Shown one piece after another: positions 36,344-40,853 of a DNA stretch of 40,853 bases. Below the pieces are notes generated by a model. It ran no database searches. It was not told where the DNA came from and saw nothing but the letters and a program-made list of their open reading frames with translations. Source of the stretch: a virus (lineage: Duplodnaviria > Caudoviricetes); IMG/VR virus record IMGVR_UViG_3300048850_000030, positions 1-40,853 of that record. One strand, 5' to 3'. Numbering within the stretch: position 1 is the stretch's first letter; every line of letters starts with the position of its first letter. Position numbers and translations under genes: made by a program.

Positions 36344-36613
36344 CTAGGCGGGGTCAGAGACGCGGGTCTTGGCCCAAGCCGCAAAGCTGGTTCGGGTGCA
36401 GTGGCCGATGCCTTCGCCAGCACCGGTCTTTCCCCGATCGACCACTTCCTTGCGGCCACGCACGACGGCATAAGCGAGGCAGTCGGTCTCTGCTTGGCTG
36501 GAATAGAGCTTGTATTCCGGCCCGGCAGCGATCACCCGGCGGACGCCAGCGTGCCGACCTTCCTTGCCGTTCGAGTAGGTCGCGCCGACCACGATCTCGT
36601 CCTTCTTCATCAC
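36344..36613 (-). CDS. Hypothetical protein
   Basis: GGGAG RBS; MKKDEIVVGATYSNG..TSFAAWAK. Confidence 0.7.
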   Translation of the reverse strand: MMKKDEIVVGATYSNGKEGRHAGVRRVIAAGPEYKLYSSQAETDCLAYAVVRGRKEVVDRGKTGAGEGIGHCTRTSFAAWAKTRVSDPA

Positions 36614-36637
36614 GCTCTCCCTTCTGTTGAGGCGGGA

Positions 36638-37225
36638 CTAGGCGGCGGCCTGCTTCGCGCGCCACTCCGCAGCCGACTTCGGCTCTTCATCCTTCTCCAG
36701 CGTCACCTTGAAGCCGCTGTTGGCCGCCGTGTGAAAGACGATGATGCCCTCAGGCTTCATGAAGCCGGGCGCGGCCATCGAGCCGTCAGTGCGCAGGTAG
36801 TCTTCGCAGCCCCTGATCGCGCTAAGGTCGAATGGCCCGCGATACAGCGTCGGCACCGCATGGCAGCATGCGGGGCGGGCCGCGTCGTCAGCCCACCGTG
36901 CCCCGTTAAATAGCGAGAACCGGCGCTCGCCCTTCGGCAGGCCGTAGCCGCGCTGAATGCCTGATCCCCACCACTCGCCGAAGTGCCGGCCGGGGCCGAG
37001 CTTCAGCAGCTCGTCGCGGTTATCGCGCACCCAAGCCGCGAAGCCGAAGTTGTCCGCCTCAGGCGTGATCCAGCGCGTGCGGCTGCCGGCAAGGATCGTC
37101 TCACCATCCTCGGCGATGAAGATCTGCGCGTTCGTGCCGTCGATCTTCTCGGTGACGATGATCTCGCGGTTCAGGCGCGGCACCTTCGGGAACGGGACGT
37201 AGGCTTCTTCCATCTCAGCCTCCAT
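36638..37225 (-). CDS. RNA ligase (Rnl2-like adenylyltransferase domain only)
   Basis: FPKVPRL, motif I TEKIDGTN, GSRTR, FGEWWG, FSLF, PEGIIV, final FK; start may be the internal ATG after GGAGG. Confidence 0.88.
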   Translation of the reverse strand: MEAEMEEAYVPFPKVPRLNREIIVTEKIDGTNAQIFIAEDGETILAGSRTRWITPEADNFGFAAWVRDNRDELLKLGPGRHFGEWWGSGIQRGYGLPKGERRFSLFNGARWADDAARPACCHAVPTLYRGPFDLSAIRGCEDYLRTDGSMAAPGFMKPEGIIVFHTAANSGFKVTLEKDEEPKSAAEWRAKQAAA

Positions 37226-37333
37226 TCGTATGTACGATTGAAGGCGTATCGTACGTATGGTATGCCGTCAATACCGTACCTACGAAAAGAGGCGGCGTTG
37301 ACTCCAAATCATACGTATGCGAACGGCCATAAG
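37225..37333. promoter_or_regulatory. Divergent promoter region with four CRTA-NN-TAYG palindromic sites
   Basis: Sites at 37227, 37250, 37275 and 37310; TTGACG on minus (~37266-37271) and TTGACT on plus (37298). Confidence 0.7.
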
Positions 37334-37513
37334 GTGGGCCGTGACAAGCAATGGGAGAAGCGCCTTACGCTTCCGCTGACCAGCGAAATGGTCGATCGCC
37401 TCGATGCCGCTAAGCGACCGGGCGAGGACCGGCTGTCTGTCATCCGCAAGGGCATCGAACGCGAGCTGAAGTCTCGCGAGCGGCAAGCGCAGAAGGGCCG
37501 TGCCGATGACTAA
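37334..37513 (+). CDS. Ribbon-helix-helix (CopG/Arc-like) regulator
   Basis: MGRDKQWEKRLTLPLTSEMVDRLD..RLSVIRKGIEREL strand-helix-helix pattern; GTG start. Confidence 0.75.
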   Translation: MGRDKQWEKRLTLPLTSEMVDRLDAAKRPGEDRLSVIRKGIERELKSRERQAQKGRADD

Positions 37514-38063
37514 GATCGCCGAGCTTCCTGCGCCCGCGTACGTCTACGTGATCGGCGCCGCTGACGGCCCGCAGAAGATCGGCGTTGCGAGCGATGTCGA
37601 GGCCCGCCGTGCCATGTTGCAGACAGGCAACCCCGCCGGCCTCGTCGTCGTGCATCATTGGGCCTTGCCGCGCCCCGCAGCCTTCGCCGTCGAAGGTCGC
37701 GCTCACTGGCATCTCCGTGATCGGCATGTGCGCGGCGAGTGGTTCGATGTCACGCCAGACGAGGCAATCGCTGCCGTTGAAGCGGCCCGATGTGATTGGC
37801 TAGCCGGTGCCCCCGATGCTCCTGAAGCGGCTCGGCGCGCGTCGTACTGGCAGCAGCGCCTCAAGGCTGCCGGCCTCACCCAAGTTCAGCTCGCGCGGCT
37901 CGCAGGACGACGCGAGGTAGCCATCTCGGAGGGGCTGTCCGGCAAGGGCAAGTTCGGCGTCCCGACCTACCTCATCAACATCATCCGGCTTTGGGAGATC
38001 ACGCCGCCTGAGAAGCGCGCGGCGGTTCTCGCCAATCCAGACGTTGACGCGGATGTGCCTTAG
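37506..38063 (+). CDS. GIY-YIG (T5orf172/MUG113-like) domain fused to C-terminal HTH
   Basis: YVYVIG..KIGVASDVEARRAMLQTGNP..E..H..RGEWF; LKAAGLTQVQLARLAG. Confidence 0.85.
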   Translation: MTKIAELPAPAYVYVIGAADGPQKIGVASDVEARRAMLQTGNPAGLVVVHHWALPRPAAFAVEGRAHWHLRDRHVRGEWFDVTPDEAIAAVEAARCDWLAGAPDAPEAARRASYWQQRLKAAGLTQVQLARLAGRREVAISEGLSGKGKFGVPTYLINIIRLWEITPPEKRAAVLANPDVDADVP

Positions 38064-38114
38064 CCCTTCCCCCTCCCTTAAGGGGGTAGAGTGAAAGGGG
38101 AATTTAGGCGTCCC

Positions 38115-38576
38115 CTAGCGGGACGCGCCCTCATGAACGGAGCCGCCGTGCGTCTCCGCCCTTCGGGTTTCGGTCACTGACGCGGGCGGCTCAATCGACG
38201 GGTTGCCGCCATCCCGATCCACGAAGACCATCACGCGGTGGATCTCGGGATCGAACGGCTCGGGCGGTGCCTTCCAAGCTTCGTGCCGCCACTCGGCCCA
38301 GCCCTCCCGGCCGCAGAAGCCGTCGTAGGGCAGGGGACCAAGCAAGTTCAGCACGTTGACGCGCCGAACCTGCACCGCATAGCCCTCGCCGTCAGAGGCA
38401 GTCGCCACAGCCTCCGACACGCCGTCGCCCTCGATCGCCGCTGTCAACGCATCCCGCAAAGCGATCAAGGCTTCAGTCGTCCCGCGGATCTCGACCGGAT
38501 CATGCCCCGAGACTTGCCCGTAGACGTGCATCCAGCCGGTGGCGTTGCGTTCGGCGATGGTGCGTTGGCGGCTCAT
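38115..38576 (-). CDS. Hypothetical protein
   Basis: GGAGG RBS, ATGA coupling. Confidence 0.7.
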   Translation of the reverse strand: MSRQRTIAERNATGWMHVYGQVSGHDPVEIRGTTEALIALRDALTAAIEGDGVSEAVATASDGEGYAVQVRRVNVLNLLGPLPYDGFCGREGWAEWRHEAWKAPPEPFDPEIHRVMVFVDRDGGNPSIEPPASVTETRRAETHGGSVHEGASR

Positions 38577-38788
38577 CTCGCACCTCCCCGATCCACCACC
38601 TTGCCGCAGACGATGCAGATGTCGTGGACGTAGTTTCTCGGCCTGAACGCTCGGACTAGATCAACCGCGTCTGGGCCATCCACGGTCTGCAAGTTGCCAA
38701 TCTGCGCGGCCCCTTCTTCATACCGCGGCTCGAACCGGCATCCCCGGAACCACTTGTCCCGGCGAGGGCAGGGAATGTCAGTGGTCAT
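38573..38788 (-). CDS. Small Cys-rich protein
   Basis: GGAGG RBS; CPR..GCRFEPRY..CIVCG. Confidence 0.7.
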   Translation of the reverse strand: MTTDIPCPRRDKWFRGCRFEPRYEEGAAQIGNLQTVDGPDAVDLVRAFRPRNYVHDICIVCGKVVDRGGAR

Positions 38789-39035
38789 CAGATGCCCTCC
38801 CCACGAGTTCTTCCGTTCCAGCCGGCGTCCGCAGTCAATGGGTGGGGCTCTTGCCGTCAAGCCTCCGCACCAGCCCACCGCGCTCAAGGTGGATCAGATC
38901 AAGGCGGCGACGGGCAGTCTCGCTTCGCCCTGCCGGAAGGCCGGCAGCACGGCAAGCATCGGCTGTCGTGACTGCGCCCACCTCGCCCAAGGCGGAGAGC
39001 AGGCGCACATCGATAGGCGTCATCGGCCACGTCAT
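38778..39035 (-). pseudogene. Winged-HTH gene with in-frame TGA at 38835-38837
   Basis: ..LERGGLVRRLDGKSPTH*LRTPAGTEEL..; frame continues 18 codons and overlaps the next gene. Confidence 0.55.
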
Positions 39036-39313
39036 GCTTGCTCCCCCTCCGCATTCTCTCCTGCCGCAAGCGGGGCGGGGGAAGGATCGTCGTCGGACCG
39101 AAGCCACTGCCACCACGTGAGAGTGACGGCCTGTGCTCCAGGCGCATCGCCTTCACGAGCCTTCTCCAAGAGGTGCGCCTTAATGTCTTCAATGGCGCTT
39201 TCAGTCAGCAGATCACTATAGGCTGGCTGGCGTACCGGTACGGTGGCGTCGCCCCATGCCGAGCCACTGGGGAGGCGCATCTTGAAGGTGATGTAGAGGG
39301 TTCGGACGCTCAT
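39032..39313 (-). CDS. Hypothetical protein
   Basis: GGAG RBS, coupled. Confidence 0.65.
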   Translation of the reverse strand: MSVRTLYITFKMRLPSGSAWGDATVPVRQPAYSDLLTESAIEDIKAHLLEKAREGDAPGAQAVTLTWWQWLRSDDDPSPAPLAAGENAEGEQA

Positions 39314-39537
39314 TCTCCCCTCCCTTCACGAGAGAGCGCTCGCGCTTGGGCGGCAAGGGCATCCAGTTCTCGGATGCGCTGGATCGCGGTCTCGCTGTCG
39401 GCGTCGCCGATTGTGAATGACTCGTCCGCGCATCCGGCATCTACGACGAGCAAGAGCTTCACGCCCGGCCGGAGCATGCCGTGGATCTCGCCGAGATTTT
39501 GCTTGATCGCGAGGTCAATGTGTTTTGGGATCGGCAT
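39310..39537 (-). CDS. Hypothetical protein
   Basis: AAGGAG RBS. Confidence 0.65.
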   Translation of the reverse strand: MPIPKHIDLAIKQNLGEIHGMLRPGVKLLLVVDAGCADESFTIGDADSETAIQRIRELDALAAQARALSREGRGE

Positions 39538-39540
39538 CGG

Positions 39541-39732
39541 TCAGGCTCCTTCTCGTTCGACAGGGGTGGGGAGGGGAGCCGTTGCCCTGAATGCCTCAGC
39601 GATCCGGGCCTCACCCTCCTGGCTGTAGTCGCAGGGCTTGTTGACCTCTGACGTGCCGAGCAGCCGCGGCAGGCACATCCAAAGCGGCTCGGGCGAGGTC
39701 TCGCCGCAGATCGGACATTGGGCCATGATCAC
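39541..39732 (-). CDS. Small zinc-finger-like protein
   Basis: CPICG..C..C; GGAGG RBS. Confidence 0.6.
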   Translation of the reverse strand: MIMAQCPICGETSPEPLWMCLPRLLGTSEVNKPCDYSQEGEARIAEAFRATAPLPTPVEREGA

Positions 39733-40037
39733 ACGCCTCCAGCCGCAGCAGCTCGGCGCCGACGCGCGGAGGCGTGAAGGTATTTGTCGGGCCGGTCGTC
39801 CTTGCCCTCGGCGATCTTCTGCCGAAGCAGGCGCTCGCGCATGTCAGCCTCTATGCGCTTGCGCTCCCGTCGCTCGGCGGCGCGCTGTGAATGCCTAGCG
39901 TGATCCGGCGGATGGGTGGGCTCGTCCCGGCGCCGGTTAGGAGGGGGCACCAGCACGTCGGGGCCGATGCTCGCGAAGGCTCCCGCCGCAGCTAGCGCCA
40001 TCGGCGGGGTCATACGGCGTCCATATCCAGCGACCAT
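39729..40037 (-). CDS. Basic hypothetical protein
   Basis: AAGGAG RBS; GTGA coupling. Confidence 0.6.
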   Translation of the reverse strand: MVAGYGRRMTPPMALAAAGAFASIGPDVLVPPPNRRRDEPTHPPDHARHSQRAAERRERKRIEADMRERLLRQKIAEGKDDRPDKYLHASARRRRAAAAGGV

Positions 40038-40040
40038 GGC

Positions 40041-40673
40041 TCAGGCTCCTTCGGATCGGATGGGGGAGGGGACAAACGGAGCAAGGCCGAGTTCGCGTAG
40101 CCGGTCCTGCCGCAAGCCGCGCAGTAGGGTCAGAACGTCGTCGTAAACGGCGGCTCGGATGTTGCCCCTGCCCGACTTCCGGCCCGTGTCGATGAAACGC
40201 AGTGTCCCGTTGTCTTCCGCCTCGCGAATGACGTTGCCCGATAGGCCGAGGTGCAACGCCAATTCACGCGCCTGCGTCGGGGAGATCAGGCCAAGGGGTG
40301 AAGGTCTCGGCGCCCCAGTTGGCACATCGGCGTAGGGATCAGGGGGCAGGGGCGCCGCCATGAAGACAGGCGCAGGGGTCTGAGGCGCCGGGCGCATCCG
40401 GTTCTGAGGCGGCGTGAAGCCATCAATAAGCGCTGCCTCAACGGAGGCGATGAACTCCATCGCCAGCGGCATGACGGTTGCAAGATCGAAATCACACCCC
40501 TTCTGCTGGTGCGAAGCGATCCGCCCGTAACAGTCGTTGCTGCGACCGACATACGTCAGCTCGCCGGCCTTGAAGAGGAAATAGACGCCGGCCACGACAG
40601 GGGTCGTTCGCAGTGGCTGGGCGGTTTCCAAATCGCCATCGCTCTCAGATGGAAATTGCCGCTTGGCAACCAC
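40041..40673 (-). CDS. GIY-YIG-like domain plus C-terminal HTH/excisionase-like region; start uncertain
   Basis: AGVYFLFKAGELTYVGRSNDCYGRIASH..VEAALI..PPQN; ISPTQARELALHLGLSGNVIR; frame stays open to 40778. Confidence 0.7.
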   Translation of the reverse strand: MVAKRQFPSESDGDLETAQPLRTTPVVAGVYFLFKAGELTYVGRSNDCYGRIASHQQKGCDFDLATVMPLAMEFIASVEAALIDGFTPPQNRMRPAPQTPAPVFMAAPLPPDPYADVPTGAPRPSPLGLISPTQARELALHLGLSGNVIREAEDNGTLRFIDTGRKSGRGNIRAAVYDDVLTLLRGLRQDRLRELGLAPFVPSPIRSEGA

Positions 40674-40727
40674 GCCCCTGGAAACCGCAAGCGTTGAAAC
40701 GCTTAGCCGTTTTGCCCTGCCCGAATT

Positions 40728-40773
40728 ACTTTTAATCTGTAGGTCCTGGGTTCGAGTCCCAGCGCGCTCACCA
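40728..40773 (+). other. att core (probable attR): 3' part of tRNA-Lys(UUU)
   Basis: ACTTTTAATC anticodon loop, CTGGG-TTCGAGT-CCCAG T-arm, CGCGCTCACCA acceptor end; no 5' half (acceptor strand, D-arm) upstream. Confidence 0.88.
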
Positions 40774-40853
40774 TTCATCCCGTTGCTCCTGTTGAGTTAT
40801 TTCGCTGGGGCAGTTCTCCAAATCAGTCGCCGGTTTCCAATCTAGCACGCCCG

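Larger units (their letters stand above)
1..40773. mobile_element. Prophage (podovirus-type, P22-like packaging); left part incl. integrase lies outside the window
   Basis: Contiguous replication, packaging, head, tail, ejection and lysis modules; no tape measure or sheath gene; ends at a tRNA 3' fragment. Confidence 0.92.

Noticed and set aside
40690-40773. Complete tRNA gene
   Set aside because: No 5' acceptor strand (GAGCGCG) or D-arm upstream of the anticodon loop

Overview
GC-rich temperate podovirus-type prophage, probably alphaproteobacterial (inferred from GC content, gene content and the tRNA-Lys fragment). The window runs from the replication module to what appears to be the right prophage end, a 3' fragment of tRNA-Lys(UUU) at 40728-40773. 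No integrase or main repressor is present, so these probably lie upstream. Plus strand: DnaB, replication initiator, NrdR-like Zn ribbon, NusG-family antiterminator, ~630 nt hairpin-rich leader, small accessory genes, TerS, a TerL split into two genes around two small ORFs, three signal-peptide genes (one collagen-like), portal, scaffold, major capsid, two tandem adaptor paralogs, tail nozzle, an inserted macrodomain gene, ejection proteins, a muralytic protein, tail fibres, a signal-peptide tail-spike-like gene and a lysis cassette. Minus strand (32.6-40.7 kb): accessory arm with a Thg1-like 3'-5' polymerase inside a repeat-delimited cassette array and an RNA ligase; on the plus strand within this arm lie an RHH regulator beside a 4-copy operator and a GIY-YIG-HTH gene. 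Best leads: (1) the split terminase; (2) the Arg-rich NusG paralog plus structured leader RNA; (3) the hairpin/RBS repeat cassette array; (4) a dispersed Thg1, RNA ligase and macrodomain repair set; (5) apparently Sec-exported proteins in the virion module. All family calls come from motif recognition by eye; no searches were run.
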